DNA of 64,000 bases from contig JBHLMN010000007.1 of NCBI GenBank assembly GCA_048938105.1, positions 192,001 to 256,000 on the forward strand, written 5' to 3'. The position numbers were made by a program, and so were the translations under genes. Position 1 is the stretch's first letter; every line of letters starts with the position of its first letter. Shown here piece after piece: positions 39,221 to 49,156 of this stretch. Under the pieces are notes generated by a model, which was not told where the DNA came from, did not search any database, and saw nothing but the letters and a program-made list of their open reading frames with translations. Origin of the DNA: Promethearchaeota archaeon (GTDB lineage: Archaea; Asgardarchaeota; Heimdallarchaeia; Hodarchaeales; Hodarchaeaceae).

Positions 39221-40729
39221 TCATTCTTGAAGTGGAATAAAAATCTCAAAGAATGTACTTTCTTTGTCTGATTGTACAGTAATATACCAACCATGGGCTT
39301 CAATTATTTTTCTTACAATTGATAGACCAAGGCCCATACTCTCCTTTTGAGTTGTAAAGCCATAATCAAAGATTCTTTTTTGAATTTCAGCGGGAATGGG
39401 AAAACCATCATTTATGATAAGGATTTTTAAGAATTTCTCAGCCTCCTCCAACTTTATCATAATTTTATGGGGCTTCCCATGAATTATAGCATTCTCAAAC
39501 AAATTTTTAAAGACTTGAGCGAGCCTTTCTTGATCACAGAGGATTGTTGGTAATTTATCATGATTAAATATGATATTCTTTGGAATATTAGATTCAGCAA
39601 CTCTTTCAATTAGAAGGTTTAAGTCTATATCTTGATCCTTTTTCACAGCTAGTCCAGCGTCTGCTAATGTGAGGGAACGTGTAAGTAAGCTCTTCATATA
39701 ATCGATTTGTTTGCTGATGATGTGAGTCTCATCATATTCAATATCCAATAATTGAGTATAGCCTTCAATAGTAGTTAAGCAATTACTTAAATCATGAGCA
39801 ATAAAATGGGCAAATTCGCTTAATTCTTCCTTTTGCCTTCTGAGTTTCTTCTCAACTTTCTTTAACTTTGTAATATCAATCACTGAAACAATGATTTTTT
39901 CTAGAGTCTCTTCGTAACCAGAAACCACAGATAGTTTTACAATACAATCAATTTTTTCTCCTGTAAGTTTATATCCTGGGAATTCATTTTGATATGTAGT
40001 TTTTCCATCAAAAAGTGCAACCAATTCTTCCTGGAATAAGACTGTCGCCTCTTCATCAAAAAAGCCGCTCAAACCTTTAAAAAACTCTGTTATATTTTTA
40101 GCTTTGTATAGTTTTAAAGTAGTGTAGTTTACGTTCACTATGTTGACCATTTGAGTGATTTTTTCTACTTCATGGGGATGTTTATCAAGATAATGGGATA
40201 AATCTGTAATACCTTTGGCTTTCAGCTGATCGAAATAGCGTTTAACAGCTGAGAAATCTTCCTCCCACAGGCTGATTGGTGATTCATCAAAGATTATTCG
40301 ATATCTTTCCTCGCTTTCAATTAAAGCCTTTTCCATGCGTCTGTGTTTGACGACCTGTTTAATAACATGGCGGAGTTCACCAAATTGACTCTCAGTATCA
40401 AAACTTTTTTCAATATAATAGTTTGCTCCGAGATTTAATGCATTAATTGCTACTTTTTCTCGGCCGCGACCAGTAAAAATAATAACTGGGATGTCTATCT
40501 TCTGTTCTCTTAATTTACTTAGAAGTTCTAAGCCATCCATACCAGGCATTTGATAATCTGTCACTATAACATCAAAATCTATTTCTTTTAACCTTTCAAA
40601 AACCTTGATTGACTCAGAAAGAGGATGAACTTGCAGCTCATTTCCACCCAAAATACTCATATACTTTTTCGTTAAAAATAAAAAGCTAGGTTCATCGTCA
40701 ACATGGAGAACATTTATTTTTTTTTCCAT
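39221..40729 (-). CDS. Cytoplasmic hybrid kinase: REC-PAS-HisKA-HATPase
   Basis: VLHVDDE, TDYQMPGMDG, FTGRG, PAS-like SPISLWEEDFS, AHDL, NLFENA, GLGLSIV. Confidence 0.9.
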   Translation of the reverse strand: MEKKINVLHVDDEPSFLFLTKKYMSILGGNELQVHPLSESIKVFERLKEIDFDVIVTDYQMPGMDGLELLSKLREQKIDIPVIIFTGRGREKVAINALNLGANYYIEKSFDTESQFGELRHVIKQVVKHRRMEKALIESEERYRIIFDESPISLWEEDFSAVKRYFDQLKAKGITDLSHYLDKHPHEVEKITQMVNIVNVNYTTLKLYKAKNITEFFKGLSGFFDEEATVLFQEELVALFDGKTTYQNEFPGYKLTGEKIDCIVKLSVVSGYEETLEKIIVSVIDITKLKKVEKKLRRQKEELSEFAHFIAHDLSNCLTTIEGYTQLLDIEYDETHIISKQIDYMKSLLTRSLTLADAGLAVKKDQDIDLNLLIERVAESNIPKNIIFNHDKLPTILCDQERLAQVFKNLFENAIIHGKPHKIMIKLEEAEKFLKILIINDGFPIPAEIQKRIFDYGFTTQKESMGLGLSIVRKIIEAHGWYITVQSDKESTFFEIFIPLQE

Positions 40730-40960
40730 GAACTATTCCTCTTCAACTACATTAAGAAGATTCAGCTTACAAACCTTGCACCTTTATATTGAAAAAACTG
40801 AATTAATCATTTAAAAAATATAGACAAAAAAAATCTATGTTATTACTTTTTTAACTTACTTTTCCCAAACTATAGATAATTATCTACTACAATGAAAATT
40901 AAAGAATGAGCTCAATTAAACTAACAAAAATTTAAGGAGGTGGTAGATTTTTAACATTCT

Positions 40961-41665
40961 TCAAATTTCATTTGATAATAAATCTAAGAGTTCATCTCCA
41001 ACAGCCGAAATAATAGGAACTGGGGGATAATTTACTTCCTTGAGTGGGGGAAGTCCAAAAACACCAGTTTCAACTACAATTACTTTAACCCCTGCTTGTT
41101 TAGCAGCCAGTAAATCGACTATAGTATCTCCAATGAAAATTACTTCATCAGCTGAGACTCCTAGTTTCTTAACTGCATAATATATTGGCATTGGAGATGG
41201 TTTCCAATGTCTAATACTTTTAGAGTCTACTAAAACGTCAAAAAATTTCAAATATGGCTCGAATCTCTTTTTCAAAAGATATGGGGATCCATTAGAAACA
41301 ATAGCTAATTTTAATCCTTTCTGTTTCAATTTCTGCAATGTTTCTGGTACTTTAGGAAACACATGGATCTCTTGGTCCCACTTCAAAAACTGCCATACCA
41401 CCCGTCCTAAACCATTTAATAGCCTTATCCATGATATACCAAAGTCTGCTTTTATTCCTCTGAAAAGTTGAAAACTGAACCAGGAATGTTTATACCAAAC
41501 ATCATTTTTTTTAACATTGTAAAAGCTTCCTAGGCGTTTAAGATACTTTTTCACATTCCTACGAGTTGGTTTTTCAATGAATTCCTGTGCGATTAATTGG
41601 GGAAACAAACGAAGAGTGTCAACAAGAGTGCCATCAAGATCAAAAAGAATCGCTTTGAGAGTCAA
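40961..41665 (-). CDS. HAD-superfamily hydrolase
   Basis: FDLDGTLVDT, VSN, KP, IGDTIVD. Confidence 0.9.
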   Translation of the reverse strand: MTLKAILFDLDGTLVDTLRLFPQLIAQEFIEKPTRRNVKKYLKRLGSFYNVKKNDVWYKHSWFSFQLFRGIKADFGISWIRLLNGLGRVVWQFLKWDQEIHVFPKVPETLQKLKQKGLKLAIVSNGSPYLLKKRFEPYLKFFDVLVDSKSIRHWKPSPMPIYYAVKKLGVSADEVIFIGDTIVDLLAAKQAGVKVIVVETGVFGLPPLKEVNYPPVPIISAVGDELLDLLSNEI

Positions 41666-41734
41666 TTATCGCACCTATCATCGTTAATAGCTAAACGAGA
41701 ATTTAAAAGACACTTATGATCTATACAGATTATT

Positions 41735-42244
41735 CTACATACTTTTTCTCCTAAGAACTCTCCATAGGCCTAATAATAGATTTGATCGGGGCACTTTTTT
41801 CATATATTGTACATATTCCTCTCCATATTTTTCTATTGTCATCTTCTCCTCTTTTATCATATAATGATAGCATAACAATGCCATTGTAAATCCAAAAAAT
41901 AAGCTGAGGGGGTGTTGGGAAATTAAAGCGAATCCAATAAACAAATAAGCAAGACTGAGGTAAATTGGATGACGAATAATTCCATATATTCCAGTGTCTA
42001 CTAATTTAGTTGTTACAAATCCCTTCCCTTCTTCCATTCCACCTTCTTTCTTGAGAATATTAGATAAGAGAAATAAAATCGCTGAAATGGCTATAGAAAG
42101 AAATCCAAGATACATAATAATATCAAGTTTAGCCCAATTACTAAAAAAAAATAACATGAAAACTTGAATGATAAAACCTATTAACATATAAACTGCGATA
42201 AGTTTATCCTTGCTTGATATCTCATACTTTTTTGTTTCAGTCAA
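41735..42244 (-). CDS. ICMT/PEMT-family membrane methyltransferase
   Basis: LVDTGIYGIIRHPIY; EE...KYGEEY.QYMKKVPR. Confidence 0.85.
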   Translation of the reverse strand: MTETKKYEISSKDKLIAVYMLIGFIIQVFMLFFFSNWAKLDIIMYLGFLSIAISAILFLLSNILKKEGGMEEGKGFVTTKLVDTGIYGIIRHPIYLSLAYLFIGFALISQHPLSLFFGFTMALLCYHYMIKEEKMTIEKYGEEYVQYMKKVPRSNLLLGLWRVLRRKSM

Positions 42245-42247
42245 TTT

Positions 42248-42568
42248 TCACGCTTCTTCTAATATATAAGTAAGATACTTTATTGAAATAATATGTTCTT
42301 GAGCATAAATTCTCCCATCTGACGACTCTTCGGCTACTATACGAAGGTTCCCAGGTTTGGGAAGCTTAATTAATGGCACATGTAATTCCACACGCTTCTG
42401 TTCAGTTGTTCCTAAGTATTGACCTCGTACTTTCCCCGAATCATCAATTAAACGGATTCTATATCGTTTAGATCCCTCTGCCAATTCAACGCGAATATAA
42501 AAGGGAATAGGAACAGTTAATTCAGAGAATTCATCTCCAGCATCATCTACAACGACGATTTTAGGCAT
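42248..42568 (-). CDS. Hypothetical small beta-rich protein
   Basis: 106-aa ORF in tandem with the downstream gene; alternating hydrophobic pattern. Confidence 0.6.
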   Translation of the reverse strand: MPKIVVVDDAGDEFSELTVPIPFYIRVELAEGSKRYRIRLIDDSGKVRGQYLGTTEQKRVELHVPLIKLPKPGNLRIVAEESSDGRIYAQEHIISIKYLTYILEEA

Positions 42569-42776
42569 ATTTCAAACCTTTGTTTATTCTATCAGCTTCT
42601 AATCTAAAAATAAGCCATTTTGATATGTTAGTTTTGAATACTTAAATTGCTTCGATTGTCTATTATAATAAGGCGAAATAACCCTAAGTGTATAAAACTC
42701 TATTTCTGAAAAAGAAGGAAACTCATTGAAACCTTGATTCATTTTTATCTGTTTCATAGATAAATAGCATTAACAG

Positions 42777-42878
42777 ATTACAGGTTTAGGTACTTGCATT
42801 GTCGGAGTGATACTCATGGTTATATATTCTATAGGAATGAAATTTGTACCTCCTACAGTGATTCCTAAACCTGATGAT
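42777..42878. other. Long imperfect intergenic hairpin (candidate structured RNA or MITE-like element)
   Basis: CAGGTTTAGG (42781-90) pairs with CCTAAACCTG (42864-73); nested CATTGTCGGAG/CTCCTACAGTG, TCAT/ATGA, TATA/TATA. Confidence 0.45.
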
Positions 42879-43125
42879 AAATTAGATTCTTGACCTTGAA
42901 ATTTTTATTTAAACGGATATTTACCCTTCTTCTTGGTCTGCTTTATAAGACCCAAGAAAAGATTATATAAATAAAATCACATCCTCATAATTCTTTTTAA
43001 GACAATCATCTTCTCAAAGTAAAATATTGTAAAGCTACGGTGGGAAGGTATATCTAAGCTCCATTGTTAATCATTTAAGATACTATAGATTAATGTTTGC
43101 GTCATAGATTAGGTTATTTTTTATA

Positions 43126-44442
43126 TTGAATAGCAAAATTGTTTTAAATCGGAATGGATACGTTCATGAAATCTTTGCAGGTGATTTAATGACTATTATA
43201 ATCAAAAATGGCACTGTTATTGATGGCACAGGAAAAGAACCAATAACAAATAATATTATCAGGATTGAAGACTCGAAAATCGTTGAAATGATTACAAAGG
43301 GTGAAAATTCCAATATTAATCTAATAATAGACCCAGAAACAGAGCTGATCGATGCATCTGGAAAAATAATAATGCCAGGACTCATTGATGCGCATTTACA
43401 TCTTTTAGGTATCCGCTCTATGCAGCCAGTTCAATGGAACCTGGATAAGCCAGCTTTAAGGGCCGCAAGAGCAACTGCAGATCTCAAAAAACTTATTGAA
43501 GCTGGATTTACGAGTGTTAGATGTGCAGGTTCAGATGTGAGTGTCTATCTTAAGAAAGCTATTATAGAAGGTACCATCCTTGGTCCACGAATTGTAGCTG
43601 CAAATAGAATCATTTCTCAAACTGGTGGTCCTGGTGATACCCATGAACTACCACTTGAGTGGGCTATGGATCTCAATGCTTTTGGTAGAATAGCTGATGG
43701 CGTAGATGATTGTCGAAGGGCAGCTAGAGAACAAATCAGAGAGGGTGCTGATGTTATTAAGATATGTTCAACAGGTGGGGTATTATCTAAAGCTGATTCT
43801 CCAACTAATGCACAATTAATAGAAGACGAAATTGCTGCAATAGCGATAGAAGCTCATCGAGTGGGAATTAAGGTTATGGCACACGCACATAATCCCGAGG
43901 GTATTCAAAATGCAATCAGAAATGGAGCTGACACCATCGAGCATGGAATATTTCTTAATGATGAAGCAATATCATTAATGCTTCAAAATAACACAATAAT
44001 TGTACCGACTTTAGCAATATCTGATGCCATCAACAAGAAGGGTGTCGAAGGGGGGGTTCCTGATTACGGCTTACAAAAGGTTAAAGCGATATATGAAGAA
44101 CATATTAAGTCCATAAAACAAGCATATCAAAAAGGTGTGAAAATAGCTCTTGGTACGGACTTCTGTGGCCCAGATCTCATCCCACATGGTGAAAACGCGA
44201 TTGAGTTAGAATTATTGGTTAATAAAATTGGTATGGCTCCTATGGAGGCTATTATAGCCGCAACAAAGGTTGGATCTGAAGCTTTAGGTCTCGAAGAAGA
44301 TATAGGTACTCTTGAGAAAGGTAAAAAGGCTGATCTCTTAATCGTTAATGGAAACCCACTAGAGAATATTAAGATCTTACAAAACAAGAATAATCTCTTA
44401 ATAGTAATGAAAGACGGACAAATCCTAGTAGATAGGCGATAG
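43126..44442 (+). CDS. Metal-dependent amidohydrolase (Xaa-Pro dipeptidase-like)
   Basis: PGLIDAHLH, ADVIKICSTGGV, AHAH, TIEHG, ALGTD, GKKADLL; true start probably MTIIIKNG. Confidence 0.9.
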   Translation: MNSKIVLNRNGYVHEIFAGDLMTIIIKNGTVIDGTGKEPITNNIIRIEDSKIVEMITKGENSNINLIIDPETELIDASGKIIMPGLIDAHLHLLGIRSMQPVQWNLDKPALRAARATADLKKLIEAGFTSVRCAGSDVSVYLKKAIIEGTILGPRIVAANRIISQTGGPGDTHELPLEWAMDLNAFGRIADGVDDCRRAAREQIREGADVIKICSTGGVLSKADSPTNAQLIEDEIAAIAIEAHRVGIKVMAHAHNPEGIQNAIRNGADTIEHGIFLNDEAISLMLQNNTIIVPTLAISDAINKKGVEGGVPDYGLQKVKAIYEEHIKSIKQAYQKGVKIALGTDFCGPDLIPHGENAIELELLVNKIGMAPMEAIIAATKVGSEALGLEEDIGTLEKGKKADLLIVNGNPLENIKILQNKNNLLIVMKDGQILVDRR

Positions 44443-44593
44443 AATCAAGGAGATTATAATCTCTCTGGTTTATTCTTTAATTGTGAAATAATTTAGCAAA
44501 TTAATGTAGTAAAAATAGAATATATCTGATTTTCTGTGCATAGTATATACATTTCATATAGAGATTTGATGAGATGATTTGATATGAAATCTA

Positions 44594-45178
44594 GTGTTAA
44601 AAATCAGCTCTGAAGGAATGAAAATGGACAGAATAAAATTCTTCGGGTTAGGAGGTCAAGGAGTAATAACAGCAGCCAAAATCCTCTGTCATGCTGTCTT
44701 TATTTATGAAAATAAATTTGCGCGAAATTTCCCAGCATTTGGACAGGAAAGACGGGGAGCACCAGTATTTTCAGATGTAATGATAGATTCTGAGCCAATA
44801 TTGCTAAATTCTTTTGTTTATAACCCTGATTTTGTTATTGTTCTTAATCAAAATATAATTGACAAAGGAATCGATATCGGAAAAGGAATTCATGATAATA
44901 CTACGCTTGTTATTAATATTGAAACAGAGAGGATGATTAGTCGATTAAGAAAAGAATTTAACTTTAAAGAAATTCATTATGTTAATGCTACTAAAATCAC
45001 TACAGAAATAATAGGTAGTAATATCACTGGTGGAGCCATATTAGGTGCGTTCGCAAATACTGGTGTAGTAAAAATCAAATCAATTAATAAATCTTTAACT
45101 GAATTTTTTACAAAAGAATTAGGTGAAAAAAACGCAAAAGCAGCCCAAGAAGCCTACAGAAAAATCAAAACGATATAA
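44594..45178 (+). CDS. porC: 2-oxoacid:ferredoxin oxidoreductase gamma subunit
   Basis: GLGGQGVITA, FPAFGQERRGAPV, VNATKI, AILGA. Confidence 0.88.
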   Translation: MLKISSEGMKMDRIKFFGLGGQGVITAAKILCHAVFIYENKFARNFPAFGQERRGAPVFSDVMIDSEPILLNSFVYNPDFVIVLNQNIIDKGIDIGKGIHDNTTLVINIETERMISRLRKEFNFKEIHYVNATKITTEIIGSNITGGAILGAFANTGVVKIKSINKSLTEFFTKELGEKNAKAAQEAYRKIKTI

Positions 45179-45440
45179 AAGACTATATGGTCCAGTTGCT
45201 ACTATTTTTAGTTTCTCAAATACTGGTAGCTTAAGATTAGTAAAACCTCTCGTTGATTTTTCTAGATGTACTAAATGTAGAATTTGTGAAAAGTATTGTC
45301 CTTCGAATGTCATTGAAATAAAACCTAACAGCGAACGATGTGTTGAAATCGACTGGTTTTTTTGTAAAGGGTGTGGTATATGCGCAAATGTTTGTCGAAT
45401 TGGATGTATAGAAATGGTGGAAGAGAAAAATAATGAATAG
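45123..45440 (+). CDS. porD: 2-oxoacid:ferredoxin oxidoreductase delta subunit (2x[4Fe-4S]); start uncertain
   Basis: TGSLR..KP, CTKCRICEKYCP, CKGCGICANVC. Confidence 0.85.
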   Translation: MKKTQKQPKKPTEKSKRYKRLYGPVATIFSFSNTGSLRLVKPLVDFSRCTKCRICEKYCPSNVIEIKPNSERCVEIDWFFCKGCGICANVCRIGCIEMVEEKNNE

Positions 45441-46647
45441 TAGGAAAATGTTGTTGGATGGAAATGAAGCCGCTGCTAATGCATTAATGTTAGCGAAAGT
45501 TGGGGTCATTTCTACCTATCCAATAACACCTCAAAGCCCAATAGCGGAGAAACTTGCTGAATTTGTTGCACAAGGAAGGCTAAAAGCGAAGTATATTCTG
45601 GTTGAATCAGAACATAGCGCTTTATCTTGTGCCATTGGTGCTCAACTGACGGGAATAAGAGCAGCAACAGCAACCTCATCTGTTGGACTTGCATATATGC
45701 ATGAAGTACTAGGTGTGGCCTCTGGCTGTCGGATTCCTATCATCATGCCAGTTGTAAATAGAGCACTTGTTAGTCCTTGGAGTCTATGGTGTGATCATCA
45801 AGACACAATGGCTGAAAGAGATTCAGGATGGCTTCAATTTTACGTAGAAAATGTTCAGGAAATCCTTGATATACTGTTAATAGCTTATAAAATAGCTGAA
45901 CATAAAGATATTTTATTACCTGCAATGGTTTGTATGGATGGATTTTTTGTATCTCATTCTAATCAGTCTGTAATGGTTCCAGATCAACAAACTGTAGATA
46001 ACTTTCTTCCGAATTATGAATCTAAAAACTTATTTCTTGATCCAAGAAACCCCATGTTTATTAATGACTTAACTTCACCAGATGAATTTTCCGAAATGAG
46101 ATTTCAACAGAAAATGGCTTTTAAAAATGCTTTAAAAATAATCCCAGAGATCCAAGAAGAGTTTTTTGTAAAGCTTGGCAGAAAATATGAAATGCTAGAG
46201 CCTTATCAAAGTGAAGATGCAGATGTAATTCTTGTAACAATTGGTTCTATGTCTGGTACAGCAAAATATGTAGTTAAAAAGATGAGGAAAAAAGGTAATA
46301 AAGTTGGAATCTTAAAAATAAGTTCTTTCAGACCTTTTCCGGTACAACAGCTTCAGAAGGCAGTCAAAGAAAAAATAATACTTGGAGTTTTAGATAGAAG
46401 CGCGGGTTTAGGCGCTCAAGGGGGGCCTGTGTATCTCGAAGTGACTTCTGCATTGAAAAATAGAGAAATACAAATTTACAGCTATATTGTAGGATTAGGT
46501 GGAAGAGATATCTCAGAAATAACAATAGAAAGAATATTTACCGAATTGATGCAAATTAAGAAAAGACAATTATCTAAACCAAGAAAAACTTGGATCGACT
46601 CTCGGGAGAATGCGCTAGATATCAGGCTGGTGAAACTCAATGACTGA
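45433..46647 (+). CDS. porA: 2-oxoacid:ferredoxin oxidoreductase alpha subunit
   Basis: GNEAAA, YPITPQS, VESEHSA, TATSSVGL, NRAL, DGFFVSH, FRPFP, GLGGRD. Confidence 0.92.
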   Translation: MNSRKMLLDGNEAAANALMLAKVGVISTYPITPQSPIAEKLAEFVAQGRLKAKYILVESEHSALSCAIGAQLTGIRAATATSSVGLAYMHEVLGVASGCRIPIIMPVVNRALVSPWSLWCDHQDTMAERDSGWLQFYVENVQEILDILLIAYKIAEHKDILLPAMVCMDGFFVSHSNQSVMVPDQQTVDNFLPNYESKNLFLDPRNPMFINDLTSPDEFSEMRFQQKMAFKNALKIIPEIQEEFFVKLGRKYEMLEPYQSEDADVILVTIGSMSGTAKYVVKKMRKKGNKVGILKISSFRPFPVQQLQKAVKEKIILGVLDRSAGLGAQGGPVYLEVTSALKNREIQIYSYIVGLGGRDISEITIERIFTELMQIKKRQLSKPRKTWIDSRENALDIRLVKLND

Positions 46648-47491
46648 ACATAATTTGAAATCAAAAGGTTTAGTATCCCATGGAGTCAGTACATGTTCGG
46701 GATGTGGATTGGAGCTCGCAATTAGAAAAGTCTTGGATGTACTGGGAGAGAATATTGTTATAGTAATACCCCCAGGTTGTGCAGCACTCTTTTCAGGATT
46801 TGGAAACGAAACAGCTTTGAAAATACCAGGAATTCAAGGCAATCTTGCAAATACAGCAGCTTATGCAGCAGGTATAAAAGCTGGACTCGAAGTTCAAGGG
46901 AAAACCGATATTCTAGTCTTAGCATTTGCAGGTGATGGTGCTACTGCTGACATAGGAATCCAAGCTCTTTCAGGTGCGTTTGAAAGGGGAGATAATATAA
47001 TCTACGTGTGTTATGATAATGAAGCATATATGAATACAGGCATTCAAAGGAGTAGTTCAACTCCTTATAATGCAAAGACTACAACAACCCCAAAAGGTAA
47101 GGTTTCATCCAAAAAAGATATGATAAAGATAGCTGCAGCTCATGAGATTCCATATACTGCCTCTGCTTCAATAGGATATCTTGATGATCTGAAAAGAAAG
47201 ATAGAGAAAGCAAAAAGTGTCAACGGCCCCTCATATATACATATTCATACTCCATGTCCAACTGGATGGTTATTTGATCCATCCAAAACTATAGAAGTCG
47301 CAAAAGCTGCAGTTCAAACAGGTATATGGCTTCTTTGTGAAATTGAAAATGGAAAGCAAAAAGTGACGAAAAAAATTAGCAAATTAAAACCTGTTGAAGA
47401 ATATATCAAATTACAAGGAAGGTTTAATCATCTTTCTGGAGACGATATTAAGAATATACAAGAAAGGGCAAAAAAATCAGCTTTTTTCTAA
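46640..47491 (+). CDS. porB: 2-oxoacid:ferredoxin oxidoreductase beta subunit
   Basis: CSGCG, TPP motif GDG...YDNEAYMNTGIQRS, PCPTGW. Confidence 0.92.
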   Translation: MTEHNLKSKGLVSHGVSTCSGCGLELAIRKVLDVLGENIVIVIPPGCAALFSGFGNETALKIPGIQGNLANTAAYAAGIKAGLEVQGKTDILVLAFAGDGATADIGIQALSGAFERGDNIIYVCYDNEAYMNTGIQRSSSTPYNAKTTTTPKGKVSSKKDMIKIAAAHEIPYTASASIGYLDDLKRKIEKAKSVNGPSYIHIHTPCPTGWLFDPSKTIEVAKAAVQTGIWLLCEIENGKQKVTKKISKLKPVEEYIKLQGRFNHLSGDDIKNIQERAKKSAFF

Positions 47492-47604
47492 TAAAATACC
47501 TTAAGACTCTTCTGTATGAAGTTTCAGCTCAAGGACCAACTTCTGGTAATTCTAAGTATTTTTCAGATCCTTGTTTACTATATCAATTCTATCTTATTTT
47601 ATCC

Positions 47605-48201
47605 TTATTTATATCCAAGACGAGGAAAAAATCGCCCTGTGTTTCTCATGTAATCCAAGTATTCTTCACCAAACTGTTCAATGAGAAGCTCTTCTTCAGC
47701 CTTGACTATCCAAAAGAATGGAATAGCAACAAAAATGGCTAATACGATGAGTAATAGGTTTGCTGAAATCAAAGAAACGGAAAGAGAAAATAAATTTAGA
47801 GTAGTATACATTGGATGACGGACTCTACTGTAAGGTCCTATTGTTATTAGCCTGTGATCCGTTTGTATTTCTAACTTCGCTGAATATTGTCTTCCCAATG
47901 TCCGATGAATCCATACAGTAAATACTATGGCGATTCCAGCCATTCCAACTCCAAACCATCGAATCAATGGTGGTAGAGTAATCTGAAACAAATATATAGT
48001 TTGGGGAAGGACGATCCATAAGCCCATAACCAAGAAGTATCCCAGAATCGCTACAATTAGGATTATTATGGATTTGGTCTTCTGGGTATACTCTTTTTCA
48101 CTTGTTCTACCGAGTGTTTGACTCCTGTAATAAATTCTTACTCCAGCAAAGACTGCATAGAGAGATATGAATAGTATCCTGAACATGAGTTCTTCATCCA
48201 C
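47605..48201 (-). CDS. Isoprenylcysteine carboxyl methyltransferase family protein
   Basis: HRLITIGPYSRVRHPMY; AEEELLIEQFGEEYLDYM..TGRFFP. Confidence 0.88.
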   Translation of the reverse strand: MDEELMFRILFISLYAVFAGVRIYYRSQTLGRTSEKEYTQKTKSIIILIVAILGYFLVMGLWIVLPQTIYLFQITLPPLIRWFGVGMAGIAIVFTVWIHRTLGRQYSAKLEIQTDHRLITIGPYSRVRHPMYTTLNLFSLSVSLISANLLLIVLAIFVAIPFFWIVKAEEELLIEQFGEEYLDYMRNTGRFFPRLGYK

Positions 48202-48561
48202 GGATTCTCACCTTTTAATTACTCAAACAACTTTAGAAAAACCTTTCATTTTTGTAAAAACATTCCAGCAAGTATACTTTGTCTCAATTTGATATTGAGT
48301 TTAATAATATTATAGCTTATGGAAGGGAGTAAAAATTTTCCTCAAGTTATAAGAGACATTCGATTATTTTTACAAAGATAGTATTTTTGGAATCTTTTTA
48401 ACTAATTGAGATAAGAATGGAATAATATTCACAATCTACAATAAACCCCGAAGAATAGAGGAAAAGATAAGTTGATATTCGGAGGACTTCTTTAGTTCGC
48501 TTTTTTAACTTGATCTTCTGAATCTAAAAGTAATCAAATTAACTTCCGAGACTGAGGTAAA

Positions 48562-48894
48562 ATGTTGGTTCATGAAAAACAAGAGAAAACACTTTTCCAA
48601 ATATCTGAAGATAATTCTGGCGAACTTAAACCTTATAAAAGCTCCTCTCGCTTATTAAAGAAGGATTCTGTTTATGTATTATTGGATAACACATTGAAAA
48701 AGATTTTTTTGTGGATTGGACAATCAGCTAATGTTCGTTCAAGGTTTATCGCATCTACAGCAGCCCAGAAATTGAGGAATATGACTGGTTTAACCTATCG
48801 AGTAATCACTATTGATCAAGGTGGAGAATCAAAGGAATTTATGAAAGCATTATCACCAATGACTATTCCTGCGGTTCTTGAGAGAATAGTTTGA
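48562..48894 (+). CDS. Single-domain gelsolin-like protein (eukaryotic signature protein)
   Basis: L..DSVYVLLD...KIFLWIGQSA...R..A...A...ITIDQGGESKEF matches the gelsolin-repeat consensus (D.FILD...I..W.G......E...F); GAGGT SD. Confidence 0.8.
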   Translation: MLVHEKQEKTLFQISEDNSGELKPYKSSSRLLKKDSVYVLLDNTLKKIFLWIGQSANVRSRFIASTAAQKLRNMTGLTYRVITIDQGGESKEFMKALSPMTIPAVLERIV

Positions 48895-49156
48895 AAACTT
48901 TGCAATTTCTTCATCAATCATCGTTTAATCCATGAAAAACTTAGCAAGTGTTTTGTACAATATATCTGTTTATTATACCACCTATATCGATAAACCTTTC
49001 CTGAAGATCAAAGTCTCTTTAATGATTAAGAAATAGTCCTGTTTACAAGTTTAAGCTATAATATTAGTGATTATTCATGAAATAAAAGAATTTCTAAGAT
49101 TTTTAATTACACTCTTGTAGCTTTTTAATAAATCTATTTACTTCTTTCACTAGGCG

